From Vulcanimicrobiota bacterium (GTDB lineage Bacteria > Vulcanimicrobiota > Vulcanimicrobiia > Vulcanimicrobiales > Vulcanimicrobiaceae), in assembly GCA_963812155.1 (NCBI GenBank), contig CAWETW010000001.1, positions 704,001-768,000 of the forward strand: 64,000 bases of DNA, given 5' to 3'. Shown in pieces: positions 49,517 through 59,519 of this stretch (positions are counted from its first letter, which is position 1; each line of letters begins with the position of its first letter). Both the position numbers and the translations under genes were made by a program. Under the pieces are notes generated by a model that saw nothing but the letters and a program-made list of their open reading frames with translations, searched no databases and was not told the DNA's origin.

Positions 49517-49543
49517 AAACGCGTGACGCACTTTTTGAGGCGG

Positions 49544-50026
49544 TCAGTGTGACACGGTCGGGAGGTAGAGGCGTGGGCCGGAGTCTCGGAAGCCGAACGA
49601 GCGGTAGAAGGCGACGGAGCGCGCGAAGCTCGGGTCGAGCGTCGCGGTGACCTCGAGTCTGTTCCACTTCTTCTGCAGTGCGATCTCACGCGCGTACTCC
49701 AGCATCGCTTGCCCGACGCCCTGCGAGCGCATCTCCGGCACGATGTAAAACTCCTGAATAGTGCCGAAATAGCCGCCGGCGTACGGTGCGCACGATTCGC
49801 AGAGCGTCAACACGCCGATTGGGTCGCGTTCGACGGTGCCGATCGGTTCTTCGCTATGCGGCGCGAATGCCAGCAACGCACGATAGCGTGGCTCCTCGGC
49901 GATGAGCGTCGCCGTCACGTTTTCAGGTGCGGCGTTTTCCGGAGGGACGTGGCCGATTTCTTGATAGAGCCGCATGAGGAGTTTCGCGACGCTTCCGCTC
50001 TCGTCGGGAACGGCTTCTCGTATCAA
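49544..50026 (-). CDS. GNAT family N-acetyltransferase
   Basis: EFYIVPEMRSQGVGQAML, AFYRSFGF. Confidence 0.88.
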   Translation of the reverse strand: MIREAVPDESGSVAKLLMRLYQEIGHVPPENAAPENVTATLIAEEPRYRALLAFAPHSEEPIGTVERDPIGVLTLCESCAPYAGGYFGTIQEFYIVPEMRSQGVGQAMLEYAREIALQKKWNRLEVTATLDPSFARSVAFYRSFGFRDSGPRLYLPTVSH

Positions 50027-50029
50027 CGC

Positions 50030-51097
50030 TTACGGCTCGAGTGCGAGGGGACCTGGCGCAAAGTCGTGCAACGCAATCCGCTGCACGCGGTTGCCGGTTC
50101 GCGGATGATACACTTCGATGCTGCGTTTGCCGTCGGTTGAGACGTAGAGTCTTCCGTCGAGCGGACTCACCGCGAGCTCGAATGGCCGGCGTGCGAGGCT
50201 CTCGACCGAATGCGGGCAATCGCGGAAGCTGCAAAAGAAAATATGGCCGTCGGTTCCAACGCCTCTCTGCGCGAGGTAGAGATTCCCGGAACGGTCGCCA
50301 ACGAATGCTTCGAGGTTCGGTCCCCGAAAAATCTGCCGCGCGAATTGGCCCGACTTGACGTCGTAGACGTTGACAACCCTGGCCCCGGAGCTTTTTAAAA
50401 GCGGCGCAATCAACGTACCGCCGGTGTTGACGGCGAGCGCAACCGGCTCGTCGGTGCCGATCTTTAGAGAGGCCGTTTGATTGGACGAGCGCACGTGATA
50501 ACGCGTCAGCGAGTGCACTCCCAATCCTTCATATCCGACCCACAGGTCGTCGCCTGACACGAGCGTGACCAGCGGCCTGAGGATCGACTTGATCTCGATG
50601 GCAGGGTTGGTCTCCGTGTTCGGCCGGTAAATCTTGATATCGCCGCCGACGAGCGATTTCGTATTGACGTACAAGTAATCTGCGCTGTCGACGGCGACGG
50701 AGCTGCGGTCCCATCGCGGAAGGCCGCGGATCGTGCGTACGATGTCGAGGTTGCTAATATTCGCCTCGACCACCTCGTAAGCGCCGTCGCCCGCGGTATC
50801 GTTATAGCCGATATAGAGGTGCCCTCGGCGGTCGAACGCCAACGAATTCGGCACGTATCGCGCGCCGGGAAAGACGAGTTCTTTGGTGAAATTGTCGCTG
50901 TGCGGCGGGAAGATCCACACACGCTGCGCGGCGAGATTGTCGCGATTGATGACGGCAAGCGTGCCGCTACCGAGCGCTACCGGCGGGTTCGGAGAACTCG
51001 TCAGCGGCGGCGGGACGGTGACTGCATTGCCGGTGCAGCCGGCGCAGAGTAAGGCTGCGACGACCCACGAGAAACTCCGGCGTAGCGAACGAGACAT
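50030..51097 (-). CDS. Secreted lipoprotein, beta-propeller
   Basis: Lipobox-like CAGC; PNSLAFDRRGHLYI, VAVDSADYLYV, LAVSPLDGRLYVS. Confidence 0.7.
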   Translation of the reverse strand: MSRSLRRSFSWVVAALLCAGCTGNAVTVPPPLTSSPNPPVALGSGTLAVINRDNLAAQRVWIFPPHSDNFTKELVFPGARYVPNSLAFDRRGHLYIGYNDTAGDGAYEVVEANISNLDIVRTIRGLPRWDRSSVAVDSADYLYVNTKSLVGGDIKIYRPNTETNPAIEIKSILRPLVTLVSGDDLWVGYEGLGVHSLTRYHVRSSNQTASLKIGTDEPVALAVNTGGTLIAPLLKSSGARVVNVYDVKSGQFARQIFRGPNLEAFVGDRSGNLYLAQRGVGTDGHIFFCSFRDCPHSVESLARRPFELAVSPLDGRLYVSTDGKRSIEVYHPRTGNRVQRIALHDFAPGPLALEP

Positions 51098-51222
51098 AGC
51101 GTGCATCCTCCGAGGACCCCCCGTTCGGCTTGCGCCAACACCGTTACTGCTCTGTGACGTTCGTGCTTTCGGGCGACATTCTCGCCTGCTAACGTGAGTA
51201 CGTGAGCCACGCACGTTCCGTG

Positions 51223-52479
51223 ATGCAACCCAAGCCGGTACCATTTATCCCGCCGCTGCCGCTGCTGTTCGCGCAAGCGATGCTGCTGGTTTCGTGGGGA
51301 GCGCTGTTTGCAGCCGAAGCCTCGCCTGCCGGCGCGCTCTCGCCCGTCCGGTTGGTCTGGATTCATGCCGCTGCGTTGGGATGGATCACGACGACCGCAC
51401 TCGCGTTCGTGACGCACGTCGTGCCCGCAGTCACCGACGTCACATGGCGTTTCCCACGGCTCGCCAGGCGATCTATTTTGGTGCACATGGCGGGCGTCGT
51501 GTTCCTGCTGCTTGGATTCTCGTTTTGGCAGCCGGCCGTCATTGCTGCCGGCGGAGCGGTCGTCACGATTGGAATTGCAGCCTATGCGGCGGCGTTCTTC
51601 GCAACCGTCGTCACCGCGTTGCGCGACGGCGACGCCGCCGCGCGCACGATCGCGCGTGCCTTCTGCCTCGTCGTCTCGGCGCTGCTCGCGGCCGTTGTGC
51701 TCGGATTTATCATGGCTGCGGCATTGACGGGCGGACGGCCGGCGCTGCTGCAGCTGGCGCCGATTCACGGGGCGCTCGGCGTCGTCGGCTGGATCGCGCT
51801 GCTGGTCGCCGGCGTCTCGGCGCGTACGTTCAATCGTCTCATCGGGCGAAGCGACCGGCGGCGCGCGCACGTGACGATTTCTTCGACGGCATTCGCGGGG
51901 CTGATCGTGTGGATCGCGGGTTCGGCGACGCACGTGCGTGCCGTTGCGGTGTTCGGTGGAATATTGCTGGCGGTCAGCGCGTTGCTCTATGCCGTTACGA
52001 CGCTGCGCGCGCTACGTGCACCCTCGGCACGCCACCGGTTGCCACGCGAGTTCATTTTCGCATCGATGGTGTGGCTGATCGTCGCATCGCTGCTGGGCGT
52101 AACGACGATTGCCGGCTACGATCTCTCCTCGGCGATGCTCTTCCTACTGCTGGTGGGATGGGTCGGTCAAACGCTCAACGCGCACCTCATGCACACCGGC
52201 ATTCGTGTGCTGGCCACGATCGCGATCTACGACGACGACGAAACCGAACCGATCGAACTGCTCGATCGCCGCTGGGGTCTCGCCTCGCTGGCCATCAATC
52301 AAATTGCCGTCTTGTGCGGCGCGCTCGGACTATCCATAGGTTCCGCGCCGCTGCTGCGCATTGCGGCGCTGGCGGGCATCGCCGCGATGCTCGCCATGGC
52401 CGCCAACGTGCGCCACGCACTCGAGGTGGCGCGGTCGGTGCGGTCACGTTCCATTCGCCGCGTCAGCCCTAGCCACTGA
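51223..52479 (+). CDS. Multi-pass membrane protein with intramembrane His (HxxxxGW repeats)
   Basis: Many hydrophobic segments; IHAAALGW, IHGALGVVGW, LLVGW; start uncertain (51202 or 51223). Confidence 0.65.
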   Translation: MQPKPVPFIPPLPLLFAQAMLLVSWGALFAAEASPAGALSPVRLVWIHAAALGWITTTALAFVTHVVPAVTDVTWRFPRLARRSILVHMAGVVFLLLGFSFWQPAVIAAGGAVVTIGIAAYAAAFFATVVTALRDGDAAARTIARAFCLVVSALLAAVVLGFIMAAALTGGRPALLQLAPIHGALGVVGWIALLVAGVSARTFNRLIGRSDRRRAHVTISSTAFAGLIVWIAGSATHVRAVAVFGGILLAVSALLYAVTTLRALRAPSARHRLPREFIFASMVWLIVASLLGVTTIAGYDLSSAMLFLLLVGWVGQTLNAHLMHTGIRVLATIAIYDDDETEPIELLDRRWGLASLAINQIAVLCGALGLSIGSAPLLRIAALAGIAAMLAMAANVRHALEVARSVRSRSIRRVSPSH

Positions 52480-52687
52480 TAAGGGAGACTATCATCAGCG
52501 ACGACGCAGGACGCAGCGCGGCGCACAGACCGCCAGATATTTGAAGGTGCAAGAAATAGCGGGATCGCCGCACTGCGTAGGAAGGCGCTGTGGCCCCGCG
52601 GCTGAAGAGTCCGAGGTACTTCGCCTTTTCCACGCGGTCTGACGGCAGTCTTCCTCGCCGTCTTGGCTCCGCACGAAAGGACGGCGC

Positions 52688-54769
52688 ATGGTACGGATCC
52701 TTCTCATCACCCTCGCACTGAGTCTTATTCCTCAGCGCACGCTCTCCGACGAGGGCATGTGGACGTTCGATAACTTCCCGGCTGATCGCGTCGGTCGGGC
52801 ATACGGTTTTACACCGTCGCCGCAGTGGCTCGACCGCGTCCGATTAGCCTCGTTGCGGCTGCTGCCCGCCGGCTGCTCGGCGTCGTTCGTTTCTCCGAAC
52901 GGGATCGTCATGACGGCGCGACACTGCATCGACGACTGCATCCACGACCTGTCGACGCCGCAGCAAGATCTCGCCCAGATCGGCTTCGTTGCGCCCACAC
53001 CCGCTGACGAGCGGCGCTGCCCTGCTTTCGAGTTAGATCAACTCGTGCAGGTTCGCAACGTAACCGACCAAATCCGAGCAGCCATGCGCGGCAAGACGGG
53101 CGTCGAACAAACTATGGCGTTAAACGCTGGGCGCGCGAAGCTCGAGCAGAGCTGTGGGGACGACGCGAGTACCCGTTGCGATCTCGTCTCGCTGTACGAG
53201 GGCGGCGTTTACGATCTTTATCGGTACCACCGATTTACTGACGTGCGACTCGCCTTTTCTCCCGAAGAGGCTATTTCGTATTTTGGTGGCGACCCCGACA
53301 ATTTTAACTTTCCACGTTATGCTTATGACGTCTGCTTCTTGCGCGCGTACGATGGCGGCAAAGGCGCGAGCGCTTCCGATTATTTCCGATGGAGCCGGAA
53401 CGGCTCCAAGCCCGGCGAGCTCACGTTCGTCTCCGGTAACCCCGCAACCACGAGTCGCGAGCTAACCGTCTCAGAGCTGCGTTACGTTCGGGACGAAGCG
53501 TGGCCTTATTGGCTGGTGGCCTTTGCCGAGTACCGCGGCCTACTCGAACGCTTTTCTAGCGAAAGTCCGCAACGTTCTAGCGAAGCCGAACCAACTCTCA
53601 ATAATGTGGAGAATTCCTATAAGAGCATGCTCGGAAACGAAAAAGCCCTCCTCACTCCAGCATTCTTTGCAGCCAAAGAAGCCCAGGAACGGCGCCTTCA
53701 GTCGGCCGTCGCCGCGAACCCGTCGCTCGCCGGCCGGTTCGGGTCGGCGTGGGACGAAATGGCCGCGATCCAAGGCAAACGACTACAGCTCGGTGCCACG
53801 CGTGCAATAGGTAGCATCATCAGCTTTGATGATTCGGGTCTCCTTGACTACGCCCTCACGCTAGTGCAGGCGGCGGCTGAACGCGTAAAACCAAACGCCG
53901 AACGCCTGCCGGAGTTCACCGATCAGGCGTTGACAGAGGTCGAGCAGCAGCTCGAAGCGCCCACGCCGATCTACACCGATTTCGAGGAACTGCGGCTCGG
54001 TTTTGCGTTTACGTTCGCGCAACGCCAGCTCGGTCCCGACGATCCTTTCGTTCACAAGCTGTTAGGCAACGAATCGCCCGAAGAGCTGGCACAGCGGCTC
54101 GTCCGCGGCACGCAGCTCGCCGATCCGAAGGTGCGTAAGGCGCTCTACGCAGGAGGCGCGGCGGCGATCGCTGCGTCGACGGACCCGATGATTCGCCTCG
54201 CCGTTACAATCGATCCGGAAGTGCGCGCCGTGCGCCAGCAAGTCGACGCTGAGTTCAGCGCTCCGAGCCGGACCGCCGCCGAGCGAATTGCGCGAGCTCG
54301 ATTTGCCGTCTATGGAACCAGTATCGATCCCGATGCGACAGGCACCTTACGTCTCTCCTACGGCGCGGTTAAGGGATTTACCGACGCCGGAGGACGTTTG
54401 GTCGAGCCGTACACGACGATCGCCGGCCTGTACTATCGTGCGACCGGCGCCCCGCCGTTTGCCCTTCCGCAGAGCTGGGTGCTGGCGAAGGCGTCGCTCG
54501 ACCTTTCCACACCGATGAATTTCGTGACGACGAACGACACGATCGGCGGCTACTCCGGAAGCCCCGCGCTGAACCGGGAGGCGGAGATCGTCGGTGTCTT
54601 CTTTGACACGAACATCTTCGGCCTCGGCGGTAACTACGAGTACGAGGCGGCTACCAATCGTGCGGTTTTCGTGGACAGCCGCACGATATTGGCAGGATTA
54701 CGGCAGGTCTATCATGCCGACCGAATCTTTGCGGAGATCGAGCCGGGTCAGTCGACGCAACGCGATTGA
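52688..54769 (+). CDS. S46 family dipeptidyl peptidase
   Basis: DEGMWT, GCSASFVS..G..MTARHC, FGGDPDNFNFPR, GNP, PDATGTLRLSYG, DTIGGYSGSP. Confidence 0.9.
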   Translation: MVRILLITLALSLIPQRTLSDEGMWTFDNFPADRVGRAYGFTPSPQWLDRVRLASLRLLPAGCSASFVSPNGIVMTARHCIDDCIHDLSTPQQDLAQIGFVAPTPADERRCPAFELDQLVQVRNVTDQIRAAMRGKTGVEQTMALNAGRAKLEQSCGDDASTRCDLVSLYEGGVYDLYRYHRFTDVRLAFSPEEAISYFGGDPDNFNFPRYAYDVCFLRAYDGGKGASASDYFRWSRNGSKPGELTFVSGNPATTSRELTVSELRYVRDEAWPYWLVAFAEYRGLLERFSSESPQRSSEAEPTLNNVENSYKSMLGNEKALLTPAFFAAKEAQERRLQSAVAANPSLAGRFGSAWDEMAAIQGKRLQLGATRAIGSIISFDDSGLLDYALTLVQAAAERVKPNAERLPEFTDQALTEVEQQLEAPTPIYTDFEELRLGFAFTFAQRQLGPDDPFVHKLLGNESPEELAQRLVRGTQLADPKVRKALYAGGAAAIAASTDPMIRLAVTIDPEVRAVRQQVDAEFSAPSRTAAERIARARFAVYGTSIDPDATGTLRLSYGAVKGFTDAGGRLVEPYTTIAGLYYRATGAPPFALPQSWVLAKASLDLSTPMNFVTTNDTIGGYSGSPALNREAEIVGVFFDTNIFGLGGNYEYEAATNRAVFVDSRTILAGLRQVYHADRIFAEIEPGQSTQRD

Positions 54770-54846
54770 TTTGGGCAACGGTGCCGCGATGTGGGTTGGA
54801 TCGATGCCGCAGTATTCGCGCGAGGTATTGGCTACTCGACGTGCTA

Positions 54847-55852
54847 TCAGAGCGACTCGGGAGGATCGACGGCGACGCCGACGGGAGACCCGCCTGACGT
54901 TGTTACGTTGCCAACATGCGTGCAGGCCTGCCCGTTACCGCCGCCCGCCGGGTACTTGAATTCCTTTACAACGCCGAGATTCGCCTCGGCCACGAATACG
55001 CGGGTCTCTTTGCGATTGAGATCCATGCCGACGGGACGCCCCGCAACGGTGCATTTCCCTGACGGGGTCCCAAATGAGGGCGGCGCGTACGTGAGTACGC
55101 TTCCGAGTTGGTCGTCGATCAGAACGACGTGCTCACCACCCACGGATCGCACGCCACCGGGAAAACCAAATACCGCGCCGGTGTTCGTGAATGACGTACA
55201 GACGCCGGCGACGCACTTACCCACCCACAGCCCGGGAGTGCCATCACTGTAGTAGAGGGTACCATCTTTTTGGATCGTCAAAGAGTAAATCGGTTGAGCG
55301 TTCGCGTTCTGATAGTTCGCGACCAACGCACCAGACGATTTTTTCCACACCGAGATCGACCCAGATGAGCAGAAGTGTGCTAAAAGGTTCGAAGCAATGA
55401 CGTATCCATCGTCGGAGACCGTGACGTCACCAGGCACTTCGTCACCGCATTTCGCGTCGACGTAGGTCTTGAACGGGCTCGTGCCGCCCCGATGATACGC
55501 CTCGACGTTGGGCGACGGCGGTCCCTTGGTCGCGTAAAGGTTGCCTGATGAGACCATCAGACCTCCCGCGCTATTGAATCCTGTCAGAATCCCACATGGC
55601 GCCTGACCGGCAAGATTACCGGCAAAAATGTTCACCGTACCATCGGCTTGATCGGAGACATAGACCAGTAGTCCCGTCGCCGGACACGTGTTGAACCCCA
55701 CGCCGTGATAGCCGGTGCGAAAAATAATTCCCTCGCGTGCGGCTCTGGGCCGCGAACGGCACTGGCGCTTGTGTCGGGCCGCTGGAACAACCCGCCCCGA
55801 AAGCTACCGCCGCTGTGGCAAACGCGATCTGGATCGCCTTGAGAGAACGCAT
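54847..55852 (-). CDS. Secreted lipoprotein, beta-propeller (frameshift near 55700)
   Basis: RBS aaggag; MRSLK...FGAGC in ORF 55616..55888 joined to LVYVSDQ...PVGVAVDP in ORF 54847..55701. Confidence 0.65.
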
Positions 55853-56113
55853 CGCGAGTCTCCTTCCGAAGCGCGTCGGCGGCATCATTTCTCAAAACGC
55901 AAACTGCGAACCTTGTTTTATGACGGAGCGAAACGGATACGCAGCGCTGAGCATAGATCTGCCGTCATAAAAAGGCCGCAGATCGCGCGCCTTATCTTCG
56001 CACAACGAAGCGCGGCCTAGGCTCGTTCCACGAGCGGGGCTTAGTTCCATCGCGGCGCTACGGCTCGGGCAGCGGCTCAGCTGGCAGTCAATTCGCAATG
56101 CGTTTCCGTTTAT

Positions 56114-57076
56114 TTATCTCTCTTCGTGACTGAGCGCCATACCTTGAGAGTAGTCCAATCCGGATTCGATCTTCACCCGAAATTCGCCCAGAGGATAGGG
56201 GCTGATGTAGACGTTATGGTCGGCGTAATCGGAGTAATAGATGTTTCGTTGGTTTCCACCAAGAACGATTTGCGTAGCGCAACAGCCGGTGTTCACGACT
56301 TGGGACGGATGGTTCTTTCCAGGCGGATACACGTCGACGGTCCCGTTGCCGCTCTCGACGATGATAATGTTTCCGGAGCGATCGATCTGCAAGCCTTGCG
56401 GCGACGAGACGTGCATACCTAAGATCCGGCCGTTCGTCGAGTGCGGAGCAAACTCTTCGATGCTATCTACCGACCGGCCGCGATAGGCTACATACAGATT
56501 CGATGCCTGGTCGAAGTTTATACCGTCAGCTTCGTGACCCGGGGTCTTTATCGTAACATCCGGCGTCGTTTGCTGCCGCGGATATTCGGTGACGGTCCCG
56601 TTGCGGTTCGCAGCGTACACCCTGCCCGAATGATCGGTTACGACGTACAACGGACTGGCCGTGTCGGTGTAGGTAATCCAAGGATGTATCGTGCCCGGCC
56701 GATACGCCGTTATCGTAGTAGTGTTCGCGACGTACAGACCGCCTTTCGCATCCGCAAAGAGCCCGTATGCACCAGCAACACCGTCGGTAATTGCTCCGAC
56801 AGGTTTGGCATCTTTCTCTCGGAAGATTGCGACTTGGTTGCCGCCGGCAACATAGACGAGCGCTCCTGTTGCGTTTTTCGCGTCCAGCCAACCGCGCGGC
56901 TTTGCCCCGCGACTGGGACGCTCTAGCAGAGTGGGCGATGGCCTCGGAACGACGCTTGAACTGAGTAGCGACGATTGAGAGTCGGATGAGCCTATCGGTG
57001 TCGAGACGGTCGAAGTGCAAGCGGTCGATGCAAGCATCCCGGCTCCCATCGCAAGCAAAGCGAGTATTCTGCGCAT
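56114..57076 (-). CDS. Secreted lipoprotein, NHL-like beta-propeller
   Basis: RBS ggagg; STAC lipobox-like; GLFADAKGGLYVAN, GINFDQASNLYVA, PQGLQIDRSGN. Confidence 0.72.
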   Translation of the reverse strand: MRRILALLAMGAGMLASTACTSTVSTPIGSSDSQSSLLSSSVVPRPSPTLLERPSRGAKPRGWLDAKNATGALVYVAGGNQVAIFREKDAKPVGAITDGVAGAYGLFADAKGGLYVANTTTITAYRPGTIHPWITYTDTASPLYVVTDHSGRVYAANRNGTVTEYPRQQTTPDVTIKTPGHEADGINFDQASNLYVAYRGRSVDSIEEFAPHSTNGRILGMHVSSPQGLQIDRSGNIIIVESGNGTVDVYPPGKNHPSQVVNTGCCATQIVLGGNQRNIYYSDYADHNVYISPYPLGEFRVKIESGLDYSQGMALSHEER

Positions 57077-57214
57077 AAAATCCCCCTCCAATCGCAAGGA
57101 GCAGCCAAAAGCGCTTAGGCGTCTTGCAAGGCCGTTCCTACGATGGAACTCGGGGAATGTCACCGAACGTGTAGCTCGTGGTCTCGAACGCCGTTCACGC
57201 TTTATTTTTCTAAG

Positions 57215-57232
57215 GATCTAAGAATGAAGACT
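57215..57232 (+). repeat. 18-bp direct repeat, copy 1 (contains the start codon)
   Basis: gatctaagaatgaagact, identical at 58280-58297. Confidence 0.85.
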
Positions 57233-58279
57233 CTAAACACCTTTGTTGCTGCGTTACTGACCGCGGCGCTCTTGGCCGCATGCAGCGGTCGCGGCGTTTT
57301 GATGCCGACCGGTACATCGGCGATACCTTCGAATCGCCAGGCTGCCATCGCGACAAATAGCGGTGGCAGCACGGCATTGTATGTTTCAGGAAGCGGTGGC
57401 ACCGCGATCTTCGCAGCCGGCGGAGCTAAGTACCTTCGAAAGATTAGACCCAAGAGTGGTGCGGTAGCGACGGATCGCCAAGGCCATCTCTATGTTGCCG
57501 GCGAGACAGCGGCCGCGGTAGATGTCTATGAAAATCGCGGAGCTAAGCTCGCCTGGACGGTTCATGCGAAGCCCTATTATCCACGCCTGCTCGTGCTTGA
57601 TGACTCGGGCGATCTCTACTTACACTGCGGAGATCGTAACCTGTGCGAATATGGTCCGCGCAACAAGGGACTCGTTCGGCAATTTCGTGGATACGGTACT
57701 CTATTTGCGCTAGACACCGGAGGCAATCTCTACCTTGCAACAGGATTTAACTCCGTTGCCGTTTATGCACCGGGAAGTACCTCGCCCGAGCGGACTATCA
57801 CAAGCGGCATCGCAGGCCCCGAGGCGCTCGCCTTGGACTTACAAGGGAACCTCTACGTCGCAAATGCATATGTCGGTTCACAACCATCCCAGAACGTCAC
57901 AGTGTACGCTCCTGGTGGAAGTTCACCAATACGGACAATTACTGCCGGCCTTACGATACCGTACGCTATGACTACGGATAGCGCGGGAAATCTCTACGTA
58001 CTAAACTCGTGCGTGAATCGCGGTGGCTGTACAAACGATCAAGATAGTGTTGCTGTGTATAGTCCCGGTACCAATACGCCTCTGCATGTCGTTAGCCAGG
58101 GTCTCGACTTTCCCGTAACACTTGCTGTCGACGGGTCAAGCAATCTCTACGTTGCAAATAATGGCAATTACCCAACCGACCGTGGCAGCGTTACCGTGTA
58201 TGGCTCCGGAAGCTATTCACTCATTCGCACGGTTACGCATGGCATCGAATATCCAGCTTTCCTCGCGCTCGGCTCCTAA
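57224..58279 (+). CDS. NHL-repeat lipoprotein
   Basis: Lipobox LAAC; repeats P.ALA.D..GNLYVAN...VTVYAPG..SP.RTIT.G. Confidence 0.8.
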   Translation: MKTLNTFVAALLTAALLAACSGRGVLMPTGTSAIPSNRQAAIATNSGGSTALYVSGSGGTAIFAAGGAKYLRKIRPKSGAVATDRQGHLYVAGETAAAVDVYENRGAKLAWTVHAKPYYPRLLVLDDSGDLYLHCGDRNLCEYGPRNKGLVRQFRGYGTLFALDTGGNLYLATGFNSVAVYAPGSTSPERTITSGIAGPEALALDLQGNLYVANAYVGSQPSQNVTVYAPGGSSPIRTITAGLTIPYAMTTDSAGNLYVLNSCVNRGGCTNDQDSVAVYSPGTNTPLHVVSQGLDFPVTLAVDGSSNLYVANNGNYPTDRGSVTVYGSGSYSLIRTVTHGIEYPAFLALGS

Positions 58280-58297
58280 GATCTAAGAATGAAGACT
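58280..58297 (+). repeat. 18-bp direct repeat, copy 2 (directly after the stop codon)
   Basis: gatctaagaatgaagact. Confidence 0.85.
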
Positions 58298-58442
58298 TAC
58301 TTCCTATGAAGCGCCAGTTCATCTTAGAGCCCGAATGGCGCTCGGTTCCATCGCGGCGCCAAGCTTGCGCTGCCTCCGAGCCACGGCCCCCGGGCAGTCC
58401 AGACGGACTTAGGCGAATCACACTCGGAGGCTTGGCAGCGGC

Positions 58443-58476
58443 TGTCGAACGTCCTGGCACGTTATCTTCTTCGGAG
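58443..58476 (+). repeat. 34-bp leader repeat, copy 1
   Basis: tgtcgaacgtcctggcacgttatcttcttcggag; 30/34 identical to 59486-59519. Confidence 0.85.
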
Positions 58477-58484
58477 GCCAACAA

Positions 58485-59456
58485 TTGACGACTCTATTTC
58501 GCCTCGTGGCAGCGTCACTTAGTGCGGCGCTCTTGGCCGCGTGCGGAAACCTAGCTTTCACATCGCCCCCGTTCAGTGGGCTGCCGTCGCATCGTGAGGC
58601 TCCAAAGTCGACGGGATTGCGGGCGAGTCGTTCTTGGATGGATTTCCGAGCCCAAAGTGGCGATCTGTTGTACGTGGCGGATCAAGCTTACGCCGTAGTC
58701 TATGTCTACTCGTATCCGCACGCCAGGTTGGTCGGAGAGCTTACTGGGTTTGCCGATCCAACAGGCGCGTGCGTTGACGCAAAAGGCGACGTCTTTATTG
58801 CCAACTACAATGCCTCAGACATCATTGAGTACGCACACGGGGGCACGAAGCCGAAGGCAGTCCTGAGCGACTCAGGGCATCCGTACGGCTGCTCTGTAAA
58901 TGGACTGAATGGGGATCTTGCAGTCAGTAATTGGACACAGAAAGGTTCGCAATCTGGCGAAATCGCCGTATACACGGCTGCAAAGGGAAAGCCGAAGCTT
59001 TTAGCCGACCCGAATTTCAATTACGTGCTCTTTGATAGTTACGACAAGTTGGGAAATCTATTCGTGGATTCAATCTCCCATGATGGTGTGTTTTTGTACT
59101 CAGAGCTTCCTAAAGGCTCATCGAAGTTCAAAGATATTTCCCTCGACAAGCACGTAAACTATCCCGGCGGAGTGCAATGGGATGGTATCCATATGGCGAT
59201 TGAAAACGTTGGTCCATCTGAGAACGACATTTATAGGTCAACGGGAGGCAAAGTAATCGGAACCACGCATCTTGACGGATCGTGCGACGCCTTGGATTTT
59301 TTCATCGAAGGTGGCATTACGATTGTTTCAGACCCAAGTTGTAACAAGATTCGCCTATATCACTATCCGAGCGGAGGACACGCGATAACAACAATTACGC
59401 TGCCTTCGCAAAGCGCTCCAATTGGCGTCGTAGTTAGTCCCACCGCCACTCCCTAG
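58485..59456 (+). CDS. Secreted lipoprotein, beta-propeller
   Basis: RBS ggagg, TTG start; lipobox LAAC; SWMD..AQSGDLLYV, GACVDAKGDVFI, PYGCSV...GDLAV, YPGGVQWDG. Confidence 0.75.
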   Translation: MTTLFRLVAASLSAALLAACGNLAFTSPPFSGLPSHREAPKSTGLRASRSWMDFRAQSGDLLYVADQAYAVVYVYSYPHARLVGELTGFADPTGACVDAKGDVFIANYNASDIIEYAHGGTKPKAVLSDSGHPYGCSVNGLNGDLAVSNWTQKGSQSGEIAVYTAAKGKPKLLADPNFNYVLFDSYDKLGNLFVDSISHDGVFLYSELPKGSSKFKDISLDKHVNYPGGVQWDGIHMAIENVGPSENDIYRSTGGKVIGTTHLDGSCDALDFFIEGGITIVSDPSCNKIRLYHYPSGGHAITTITLPSQSAPIGVVVSPTATP

Positions 59457-59485
59457 TCGCTAGCACTCGGCGCCCGTCCGGTGAA

Positions 59486-59519
59486 TGTCGAACGCCCTGG
59501 CACGTTATTTTCTCCGGGG
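59486..59519 (+). repeat. 34-bp leader repeat, copy 2
   Basis: tgtcgaacgccctggcacgttattttctccgggg. Confidence 0.85.

Noticed and set aside
52520..52645. Possible cobalamin riboswitch upstream of the S46 peptidase
   Set aside because: Only scattered resemblance and an 8-bp enclosing stem (cagaccgc/gcggtctg); core GGGAA and B12-box motifs are not convincing and the gene context is unrelated.
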